A stretch of 64,000 nucleotides of DNA from Sminthopsis crassicaudata (taxonomy: Eukaryota). Positions 10,786 through 22,700 of the stretch are shown one piece after another (positions within the stretch are counted from its first letter, which is position 1; each line of letters opens with the position of its first letter). The notes below the pieces were generated by a model. It was not told the DNA's origin, did not search any database, and worked only from the letters and a program-made list of their open reading frames with translations. Location of the stretch: assembly GCF_048593235.1 (NCBI RefSeq), contig NC_133619.1, positions 517,603,644 through 517,667,643 on the forward strand, read 5' to 3'. Position numbers and translations under genes: made by a program.

Positions 10786-13700
10786 TATGTCTGCACTCTA
10801 GACATTTTCCTTGGTTGGTTAACAAATGAATGATCAAGGAATCTTTCTTCCTCTAACAATTCCTGAGTAAGACAAAGCTTCAAAGTGTTCTATCTCCTCT
10901 GATTGGATAAGGCTCCTCTTGTACCATTTTCCTCTTCTGGTTCCTACTCTGATAGTAAAAGGATAAGCTTTGTGTGCAAACCAACAAAAACAATAATAAC
11001 AATACCTAGCATTTTAAAGAGTGCTCTAAAATTTGCAAAGTGCTATGTATATATAAAATCTTATTTAAGCCTCATAATAATGCTGTGAAGTAGATACTGT
11101 GGGTATTATTATCCTCATTTTACAGATGAGGGAATTAAAGGTCATACATTGTTTTCATGGTCAGACAGTTAATAAGGATTTGAACTCACTCTGCCTGATA
11201 TCAGGCTGTCTAGTACACCATGACACACTTTGTCTTTCCAGGGTTACCTGGGCGGTTCTGTCTTGCACATAAAGGCCTTCCATAACTCCCCAGTTTCATC
11301 TTAATCCTTATCTATTTAACCAAGGTTAATTCTTCAGTATAATAAATGCTTACCTCCTTAGTACTTTTGTTTTTCTCCTGTTTTCCAGCAGAGGGCGGTA
11401 TCCTTTTGCAACTGAGGCAATTTCTAGTTACAGAAAGGGAGAGATCAAACTATTTTTTCCCAATGCTCAGGTATTCGGGTGCTGGATGGACCTTTGACTG
11501 ACAGCCTGGAGGCTGTGGCCTTCAACAAGCACTATCAGATCAATGACATCTACAGCTGCAGGTAAGAGAGTCATCAGTTCCATTCCAGTGGGAAGAATTG
11601 AAAGACTTGGAGCAGAAACTTGTGCACCAGGGCTAGGCTTGGCAAGTTCCCAGGAAAGTCTCATGACATTTCATCCACTGTGGAGTACCAAATACATGGT
11701 AGACTCAAACCGTGCAGCTCAAAGAAACCATAAAGATCATGAGAAAACCGAGTCCTGGTGGGTTCAAGGGACTTAGCCAGGGTCACACAAGTACTAAATG
11801 GCAGAAGTGGGACTCAGACCCAAAGTGGGATTCAGCTAGTGAGTAGCAGAACTGAAACCAGAACCCAGACCTTCATAGTTTAAATTTAGTGTTGTTCCCA
11901 CCACAACATACCACTTCATTTTCTTATTCTCCTAAGCCATAGTCACATAAATCACCATCCAAGCCCAATCCTTAGATTAATGGACTACCTTAATAAAAAC
12001 AGTCTACTAATCTAAGGAATTCTCAGAAAAGAGAAACGTTTTCTCCTCTAACCACAGGACAAAAGCAGTCTGGTATCACATCCTTATCTTTTACACACAC
12101 ACACACACTCTCATAGTCACTTCCTCTGCCTTAGCTTAGCATGGATTGTCAAAGAGGAACTAGAGTTAGATTATACCCATGGGATCAATTGAACTTGTCA
12201 CCCAGATTGGACTAGGACAGTATCAACAAGGACATATATTTCCTTTTTTTTTTTTTTCTTTTTACTGAGAGGCAATTGGGGTTAGTGACTTACTCAGGGT
12301 CACACAGTCAAGAAGTGTTAAGTATCTGAGGCCAGATTTGAACTCTGATCCTTTTGACTTCAAGGCTGGTGCTCTATCCACTACACCAACTAGCTACCCC
12401 TCATATGTTTCCTTTTGAAAAAAGAACAGAGAGCTCCCCTGCTCCATACTCAGGGCTTCCATGCCCAAAAATTCTGCCCTCTGGCCAAAAGCTAGGATTA
12501 CCCAGGAAAGATGGAGAGCTATGTTCTCCCATATCCTCCTACTTCCATTATCCTCTGTCTTTGTCAGGACCTGATTAGATTTGTTTTTCAGTACACTAAG
12601 CCTAAGAAAGTCATTTATTTTAAGGGAAACTTAAAGCTCTCCAAATTTGGAGGGTTTAATGCTGAGGAGAAAGAACTTTAAATCATATTAACCATTTATA
12701 TACCATTTTTTCCCATCTGTAAAATAGAAGGCATTGATCTTGAATACCCAGGAAGAGCCTGGGAGTCTTCCAATATCCCTATCCTTTCAGATAGTTCGAA
12801 TGTTCTAAAGTCTGAAGGGGACAAAAAAATTTGAAGGAATGGATGGCCAGCTGGGTCTGAGAGGTCTGAGGGCTAGCTCTGCAAGGAACTTTTCACTGCT
12901 GTCTCTCAACAGCTGGGGACCAGATGATGATGGAAAGACAGTTGATGGCCCCCACCAACTTGGAAAGGTAACAAGGAGCTGAAGTCCAAATCTTTGGTAA
13001 CATCATTCTCATTGCTCTAGAGCATTACTACCATGAATCAGTGCCAGACGTTTACCTTCTGCTCTAGGAATTCCTTTCATGAGGGGAAAAAACAACCTTG
13101 TTCTGGTTTTGATGAGAACTGGGCCTAGAGCAAGGAGAGCTGGAAATGGTTGGAGGATTTTTTTATTCTTATCTTAATTGCTCTTCTTATACAAAACAGC
13201 AAAGAACATCCACAGAATTCCTCTTCTTGGTCCTAACTTTTAGTCATACTTGCTTGCCAGGTCCTCCTTGAATTTTGAACTTAGGAAGTAAGAAATCATT
13301 CAGGGAAAACAGTTAGAACTTTTTATGCTGAAGCTCCAGTATTTCTGCTTTTTAGGCTGCCTTGCAACATGGAGTGATTGCTGGTCGCCGAGGCTTTGGG
13401 AGTATCTTTGTGGTAGCCAGTGGCAACGGGGGTCAGCACAATGACAACTGCAACTACGATGGATATGCCAACTCTATCTATACAGTTACCATAGGTAGCA
13501 CATGAATGTTCTGTGCCTGTGTCTAGGCAGTTTTCTGTGTTTCAGGGGGGTAGGGTTTGGGTGGGGGTGGCTTTTTAGGTTTTCAGTGCCTCATAGTTAA
13601 ATCTTTGGGTGTGTCACTTGCTATCTCTGTAAGGAATGACACTGCAGTACAGTGACATGAAGACTGGACTTGGAGCCAGAGGGCCTCAGCTCAGAAACTT

Positions 13701-16700
13701 CACTTTTCTACTTCTTAGCTGTATAACACTGGCCAAGTAACAGCCTTTTTGAGCTTCATTTGTAAAATTAAGACATTAGACTAGATGAGCATTAAGCTCC
13801 CTTCCTACCTCTTGATCTATGATCCTGTGAAGAGAGTGCTTCCCATAAGCTTTCAAGACCTCTGTAGAAGTCTTAGTGATCAGAAATTTCTTTTAACCAT
13901 TGTCTCAAGTCCCTTATTCTCTAAATCTGTATTTCAGCTTATCTTTCCATAGGTCTTCTGCCATGAGAATGACTGGCTTATGACTAACCTACTTTTTTTA
14001 TTCAAATCCTAGTGTGTTAATGGCAATTCCCTTGAGTTAATAAAACTGTGAATTTCAGTAATGGGATGCCTGAGATTGCTATTCTAAGTAAGGTTCTTTG
14101 GCACTCATATGTTTATGGGTTGAGGACTCTCTTGGCTCAGTTCAGGCATAATACTCTGCACCACAGTGGATGACTTTATAGCCTAAAAGGATACCAAGGA
14201 CAGAGTTAACCTTTGATCTTAATTTCCTGTTTTTCTCTACTTTGCCCAGGTGCCGTAGATGAGGAGGGACGTATGCCATTCTATGCAGAGGAATGTGCCT
14301 CCATGCTGGCTGTCACCTTCAGTGGTGGGGACAAATTGCTTCGAAGTATTGTAAGTAGCTAGCTTTCTGTCTTTACTCTGCCTTGCTTCCCTTTTAACTT
14401 TTTCCTTAAACTAGCTGCCTTCATTTTCCTGTCTTTTTCCCTTCTCTATTCTCACCCTCAGCTATTTTTCCTAACAGATAATTGCCTCTGGGCTCCACTT
14501 TTTCTTGGGGAACAATGCTTGGAAATTCTTTGATGCTTCTGTCTTGGTACATGAAGGATGGAAATTTCAAGTGAATCTCAGAACTTTAGGATTAGAAAGT
14601 CCCTCAAAGGTCATCAGTCCAATTTGTACCTGAATTGGAAACCCCTCTCGTCCTCTTCTCCACAAGATTTTCACCAACAGGGAATGCATATTGATATCTT
14701 TGCCTCTTCCACTTATTATTCCTTCTGAGATCAAACAAAATGAGTGTGATTTCTTATCTATCTGATAACCTTTCAAATACTTGAAGATCACTAATATATT
14801 TTTCCTTAAGTCCTTTCTCCAAGCAGAACATCCTCAGTTGCTTTGACAGTATTATAACATTAAGGTTTCCAATTCTCATATTCTCTGTCATTTTCTTGGA
14901 CATGACTCAGTTTTGCAATATCCATCTTGAAATTGGGGTTCCACCACTGAAAATAACTGTCCATACATGGATGACTGCTGTCATTCTGCTAACTTGTAAA
15001 GGAGTGCTGTGTTCCATATTTTTTCATTTGAACGGTTATCTAACCATCCTTCTGCTGGAAGCTTTGATTGAATGAATCTTCTGTATTTTATAACAGGTAT
15101 TCTTAACCTTTTGATGCATAGGCCTCATTGGCAGTCTTTTGAATTCTTTAAATTTCTCAAAATAATGTTTCTTAAATGGATAAAATAAAACATATGAGTA
15201 CAAAGAAAACTCGTTACATTGAAATAGTTATCAAAATATTTTCCTTGGTTAAGAACTCCTGATTTATAGAGAGGCTAGAGCTAAAGTATTGAAGTATAGT
15301 TTGAAATCTATAATCCTGTGATTTTATCTTTAGTTGTTAGCCCAAGAGAGATTTCCATGTGCTCCTCCATATGGAGCCATAATAAGCAGGGATTAGAGGC
15401 AAAAAAAGCAGAGCCTTCCTAAGCCATGCTGTCCAAGCCCCAAATATCTATCAGAGGGCTCCAAGCCTATTCCCTAAAACATATTGAGCTCTAATTCAAC
15501 CCTAGCAAGCTTAAATTAGGCCTCCCGACTAAAGCTACAGTTTTAGAACTTTCTGTTTGCCCCTTTTGCCCATTATAAGGACAAGAGGAGGTTGAGGTCC
15601 AAGGGTCTCCATCTAGAGCCAAACAGTGTACAGTTTCTCCAGTGCTCTTGTCTCAGTGTGGCCTCTGGGATCTGGACCACTTTGTCTCCATATCAGATTC
15701 ATTTTCCAAAACTTTATTTTTTATTAATGCTAAAAAATTACTTCTGACCAACACAGTGTTCCAGGGTTCTGTGCCAACTAACCTCCCGAGGGAGGGAAGG
15801 GAATTAAATGAAATAAGGCCACCAAACAGGATTCCGTTGAACAAGCCAGACGCTGTGAATAGAAAGACAACCATTATACCAAAGGCAGGCCAAATTAGCA
15901 GCCTCAAGAGCATTCCTTCTATCCCAAACTCCTCCCTGTTTTCCTCTAGAATAAGGAGATAAGCACAGCACCATCCTGTTACTTAAGAACATCCCAAAGT
16001 AGGGTTTGGCATTTCTGTTTCATTTTACTCCCACTCTAGAATACAGTACCCACCTTCCACAGACCTGGCTGTGACTGCCCCTAAGACTCAGCATCCCATC
16101 GCTAATAGCTCTGCCTTTAAGATCAGAACATTTCAAGCAAGGAGGGAACCTTAGAGATCCTCTCATCTACCTCCCCTCACTTTATATATGGAAACACAAA
16201 TGGGTTAAGTGACTTTGTCAAGGTCAGACAGGTAACAAGTGGCAATAGGAAGTCTTCTGACTTCTAATCCTCTTTGCCTGATTTATTCAGAAATGAAAGG
16301 AAGGTTCATTCAGTGAGAGCTTCCATCTTCAGAAGATTTCTTATCCTGGGAACTCTGCCAGTTTGAATTCATCACTGGTGTCCATCTAGTGACATAAGGC
16401 ATCAAGTGGAGCTACCAGTCTGGGTATAGAGGTGGATATCCTTTGTGTTCCTTAACTACTATTTGATCTTTCCCTCTCCTACCTACACTGCCTCCGGGAG
16501 CCATTTAGTTGCTGGAGCAGCCACAGGAGAGTTCGTGGACTTAATAGTTAAGGGATCCAGACTGTCACTAAAAGATTGTTTCCTTAAGAGGAAAAAATTA
16601 ATCTCTTTCCTGGCATAGATGGGGCTTCTCAGTTTTATCAAGGCTGTGACTTGGAGAGTTTTTCCTTCTCTTCTGGGAGTGCACAGTGTTTTAGTACAGT

Positions 16701-19700
16701 TCACAGCTGTTGGAAGCTGCTATAACAGCTGGAAAAGAAACAGCAAATACAAAGAGCAGGGGGTAGTTGTTGGCAGGGGCCAGTGTTATAGTGTCTGACC
16801 CAAAGGGAAGCCTGAAAGAGGGAAAGATCCTGGCACGAGCTTTTAAGATCCAGTCACCCAGCTGGTCTACTCCCACCTCTCTGCCAGATAGCCAGGGAAA
16901 CTGAGGCAGCATCCAGCAAGGCCTGAGAACATAGAGTTAAAAAAAAAAAAAAAGCCGAGGTTTGATTCCAGGACAGGTGACTTTAAACAATTCTCTCAAC
17001 TCCAAGTGTTTTTCTTGCTTCCACCTTGCTAGCCTTAGTAGGGGAAAGATGAGTCAGGAGAAAAGGATAGCAAGGATATCTCTTGGATAACAGAATCATT
17101 GAGGCCCTAAGCCAGTGGTCCTCAAACTTTTTAAATAGGAGGTCAGTTCACTATCCCTCAGACTGTTGGAGGGCCAGACTATAGTAAAAACAAAAGCTCA
17201 CTCTGTCTCCACCCCTCAGCCTATTTGCCACAACCCAGCAGGCCGCATCAATGTCCTCAGCAGGGCCTCATCTGGCCCGAGGGCTGTAGTTTGAGAACCC
17301 TTGCCCTAAGCACTTTATCAGAGGACTTCTATGAGGCCAGAGAAGAAGCCAAGGGGGTGGCAAGACCCCAGCCTCAGGCTGAGCTCAAGAGGCAGCTCTT
17401 GCTCCCTCAGAACAAACTCTCTTTGTTCCCACTGATGTCACACTAGTCCCCACAGCTGGGCTGCCAAGATGTTTTTGTTTTTTTGTTTTTGAGGTGCTGT
17501 CATTATTGTCCATGCTCCAGCTAAGTTCCCATGGACATTTCTTCTATTTTGTTTGTTGGGGAAGCAGGGTGTAAAAAGCATGTATGATTCCTGGCACACA
17601 TGCTAAGTGCTTTTTTACCTATATGATCTCATTTGGGGGTTAAAAGACATCAGTTTTCACTGAGTTGCTAGAGAAATGTAGATGTTCTTTTAGCTGAGAA
17701 ACTCCTGATTAGAGAAGGCTGGGCTCTTAAGTCCAGCCCATAGAGCTGGTCATATCCCTATTACCTCTTCCCCACTGAGGCCCCTTTTCCTTTCTCTGAT
17801 TCCTTTCTAGGTGACCACTGACTGGGACCTGCAAAAGGGCACAGGCTGCACCGAAGGGCACACAGGGACCTCTGCAGCAGCCCCCTTGGCAGCTGGCATG
17901 ATTGCCTTGATGCTGCAGGTGAGGCCATGCCTCACCTGGCGTGATGTCCAGCACATCATTGTCTTCACAGCTACCCGGGTAAGACACTAGTGCATAGGCA
18001 AAAAAATGCCAACCCAGCTTAGAGCTAAATGGTTACAGAGACTGGTTTCTGTTATCCTTTTGTTCTCAGCACCCATGGTTGCCAAGTAGCCATAGGTACT
18101 AAGTTGTGTCTAGGCTTTAGTGCCTTTATCATATAGCAGAATAGGAAAAAAACACCACTTTTGGAGTCAGGAGACTTGGATCCAAATTCTGATTCTGCCA
18201 CTTACTTGCTGTGTGACTTAGCATAAGTTTAGGATTCCTTTCTCAACTTCAGATTCCTCCTCTATTACTTAGATAAATAAGAGGATTGGTCTTGAATGCT
18301 CATTTCTTAGAGGCATGCAAATGATACTAGTTAGGATGTTGTGTTTTAGATCTAGAGTGGGTATAAGAAATCCAGTCTTCCTCTCTGAGTCAAAAATTCA
18401 TCCATATCTGTCCCTGATTGGCTAGACAAGTAGAACTTAGGCTAGATTCCTTGTCTGTGGTACCTGTGTATTCTTGTTCCAAAAAAGTTTGTTCTAAATT
18501 CCCATTCTAGAAAGTCCGTTCTTTATGACCTTCTGAGAGGGCTGGGTGATGATGGCTGTGATACAGAGAGAGTTAAATTCCTCTCCAGGTTCTCACTAGG
18601 TCTGGATTCTTTTCAGTACGAAGATCGCCGTGCAGTCTGGAACACCAATGAGGCTGGCTTCAGCCACAGTCACCAGCATGGCTTTGGTTTGCTCAATGCT
18701 TGGAGGCTTGTCAATGCTGCCAAAGTGAGTATGAGAGATATCTTGTCCAAAATCCCCTAAGTCCAAAAAAGAGAAAAATAGAGTAGACCTATAGGTACCC
18801 TTTGTATATACCTACAGATATGGACCGTAAGAAAAACCCTAAAAATACATTAGAGAAATATATCCTAAATGCTTTATTATGATGAAAATAAAAGAGAATT
18901 ACCGGGGTAATGAAAAGTGAAGGAGAGGACACACTCTTCATTTATTAGCCCTTATGTGAATTTAGATACTCATAAACATTCAACCCAGCTATAGTCCATT
19001 TTAGAGATAGAAAAATTAGTCTAATTCTAGGTAGCCTAAGCTAGCAGTAGCAGGACTCTTATCAAAAGCTTCCTTAGTCTCAGTGTGTTCTGTTTCTCAT
19101 CTTTGATCCAGTACCTAACTTTCACCTCCTATCAATTAGCCGGGAGTCATAGGGAGTATTTTAGGGATGTCAATGAAACACTCTTGGCAATTTGTGAAGG
19201 GTATAAGAGGAAGTGTAGCAAAAGGGGAAAAGCAGAGATCCTTCTAAATACCAATTCAGGTATTTGAGAGCTGTATTCTATAGGGCAGTGATGTTAAATA
19301 GAGTGTCTGTTGACCTGTGTTTATTCCCTACTTTCTCTGTGCTTTCCTTTAATAGATCTGGACATCGGTCCCTTACTTAGCTTCATACATAAGTCCCATA
19401 TTAAAAGAGAACAAAAGAATCCCAGTGTCCCCCCACTCCCTGGAAGTCCTATGGAATGGTAAGTAACCAGCAGAGAAAGGGTTAATATTAATCTTGAGCT
19501 TGAAATTTGGGGCGGGTGGTGTGGAAGTTAAGCCAGTTTCCCCTCCCCCATTGGGATAGCTGAGACCCAGCCAAACCTGTGCAGTTTTCTTTGACCATTT
19601 TAGGACATGTTGCTGCTTCTGAGTTGGCTGGCCCTTTGCTGCTTAAACAAGACCTTTCTCTTTAGTTGCTACTAGTGGAAAGGGAGTAGCTGAGCAGACT

Positions 19701-22700
19701 ATTGGAAAGGCTGCTAGGAGGGGTGAAATTATGGCAGGAAAAGATTAGACAGAATTTAGGGATAGTTCCCTTGAAATCCCTAAGGTCCTTTGCCTTGGCT
19801 TCCCAGGCCAGGAGTTGTTTGTCCTCTCCTTAATTTGTGGTCTATCCTTTAGGTTAGATTAATGAAAAAGCTTTCTGTTTGGTATTGTTTTTTTTTTTCT
19901 TTGACTTAGGAAGACTACAGAGTTTTCTTTTGTTGGGAAATAGTATAGAGGAGGCTAATGAGGTCTCTCTGAACTGAGTCTCCCCACTTAACTTCAGAGG
20001 ATCATGTCATAGATCTGGATTGTATGGGACCTTAGTGCCCATATAGTCTGAGCCCTTTATTTTACAGATGAGAAAATAGAGGCATACAGATTAAGGGATT
20101 TATCCAAGGCTATAAAAGTAGTAAATGTTAGAGTACTCAAGATAAGAAGCAAGAGCATTTTCCAAATAGGAGAAAGGAAAGAGAGCACATAGTAATTAAG
20201 CTGCCCACTATGTGCCAGGCACTATGGGAAATGTTTTACAAATAATATTTCATTTGATCTTCAAAACAAGCCTGTGACATAGAAGCTGTTAACATCCCCA
20301 TTTTGCAGTTGAGGCAATTCAGGCAGACTGTTGTTAAGTGACTTGCCCAGCATTATATGACTAATAGGCATCCAAAACCCAGTACTTCATCCTCTATGCC
20401 ATCCCTCTGCCTAAAATGGGACTAGGAAGATACAGCCCTTAAACAGTGATAAAGCTGACACTAATTCCTATGGGAAAGGACTGCTGGACTATTCTTCCAG
20501 ATCTTAGTTCCAATACTGATTGCTACACACTGCTGTTTGTATGACCACTGGCAAGTCAGTTAACCTTGCAGCCTCAAGTTCTTCATTGGTAAAAAGGAGA
20601 TGATAATATTTACCTTACCTTAGAAGGTTGTTGTGAGGGAAATGCTTTTGAAAAATTACTATAGATTTGTTAACACAATTCAACAGAGACCACATGACAA
20701 AGTCAATAGAGAGCCAGTCTCAAAGTCAGGTGGTTCAAGGTTTAAGTATGTGACACATCCTTTTGTAGGATTTTGGACAAATCACTTGGCTTTTCTGTAC
20801 TCTAGGCAACTCTCTATAACAGCAAGTTAAAAATGTGCATCGCTGAAGGAAATTTGTATTAGGGATTCCCTAAGAGAATGAAATCAAATCTGAGCCAAAA
20901 AAACTTAGAACTCAGCCAGAGTTTATAAGAAAGGAGAAAGATAAAAGATATGATCAGAGTAGGATTAATTTGGGGAAAACAGAAGTGAACTAAAAAGTGA
21001 GAATGGGCCATTCTCCATTTTAGAAGCTTTTCATGGAAGCAACTGGGTCTTTCTGTCTCCCTCAGCCATCTTTGTATTCTGTTTTTCACTACATAGAAGA
21101 AAAAGTAAGGGTGTGCTTAATTTAATTTCTCACAAAAGGAATCCTAACTTGGAATGTTTAGAAAGCAACTGCTTAGAGCAGAGAAGTGAATGTTCTTGGG
21201 AATTTGACCAATTGGAGCCCCTTGACATTGGGCTCAGGCATTTTTGAACTTTTCACCCTAAGTTTCCTCCTCTGTAACATGAAAGGGTTGAAATAGATGA
21301 GCCTTAACATCTCTTCCAGTCTCAGGTTTTATGATTCACAGTGAACAAGAGCTCTTCCCCCATGCCATTTATCCAATTATTAATTGGACTAATTAATTAC
21401 ATATAAATTTATCCAGATTCTTCTAGGTCTAAGCTTGTTTTTGTCATTAGAGAATATCATATCTAAGTAGAAAAATGAGAGGAGAGGAGGGGACTCATAG
21501 AGCTCTTTTTGGAGAACAAAGAATCTAAATTTGGGGCTCCCTTCCCTGTTGAATGAATGCTTTCCCTTGGATACTACCTGTAGTTCCCTCCAAATAGGAA
21601 CCCAGCCAGCCAACAAGTTGCAAACCCCTAGAAGGAAGAATAGGATATGGCAGTGTTGTGATCCTGTCTAGAGCTGGAAGGAAGTGTAGAGGAGTCTCAT
21701 CTTGTTCTTTGTCACCCTGACCAGGAACTCCTTAGGCTCTTTGTGATTCTGTTGGCTCTCAGCCTTCTTTTTCCCTCAGATCTGCTCAGTGGCCAATCTA
21801 CTTTCCCTGAGTCGTGATGATTCATTGTCTGAAAGGAAAGGCTACATTTAGTCCTGTTAATGGGAATAGAGAGAATTGAACTCTTGAGATAAAAGGGAAG
21901 TATTAAGAACCAGAAACTGGGGCTAACTGGACGTTGTGAGGGAATGGGGAGGGGGGAATTTTCCACATACACTTTACTTTTTTTTATTACAACCTACTCC
22001 TGATGTCCCTACAATTTGTCTAATGTCATTACCACTAACATAAACTGCTCCAAGTTCATCAGTGTCTACCTAATGGCCAAATCAAATGATTTTTTTTTTT
22101 TTTTAACTTAAAAGTACTATAGAACTGTTAACATAGCTCAACAGAGATGGCATCACAGAATAAATAGAAGACCAGTCTTAAGTCAGGTAGATCTAAGTTT
22201 AAGTACATATGTGTTATGACACATACATGATAAATAGGCTTCTCAGTATGCTAGTAACCTCTCTAGTACCCATGAGCTTTAATATCTCTTCTAGTTGTCA
22301 GGAACAAGAACTTTTTCCCTATAAAATCCAACAAATTTATCCAGATCATTGTAGAGCTAAGTAGCTACTTGTTTTTTTGTCATTAACCTTTAAGTATTTG
22401 TCTTTCTTAACCTTCCTGCTACATTTGACTTCCATCTTTCTTTGAAACCTCCTCTTCTCTGATTGTGACACCTGACTATTCAGGGGGCTATTTCTCTAAC
22501 AGATTTCTTTGTCTCTTCTGCTTGCTACTCTTTCTTCTCCCCAACTCTGGATATTTTTTTCAAGGTCTTGCGCCATTTGCCAATGACATATGGTGTCACT
22601 GAATCAATCAGTGAATTGATAAATTCACATTGGGATGTATATTCATAAGTATATTAGCACATAGCTGCTTTCTGGGTTCTTTGCTGCTCCACAGCAGGCC

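Noticed and set aside
12330-12400. tRNA-like A/B boxes in SINE heads
   Set aside because: Part of CORE-SINEs, not tRNA genes; no cloverleaf
20410-20419. Perfect CArG CCTAAAATGG in PCSK7 intron 12
   Set aside because: A few perfect CArG 10-mers are expected by chance in 64 kb; it lies among MIR remnants with no supporting motifs
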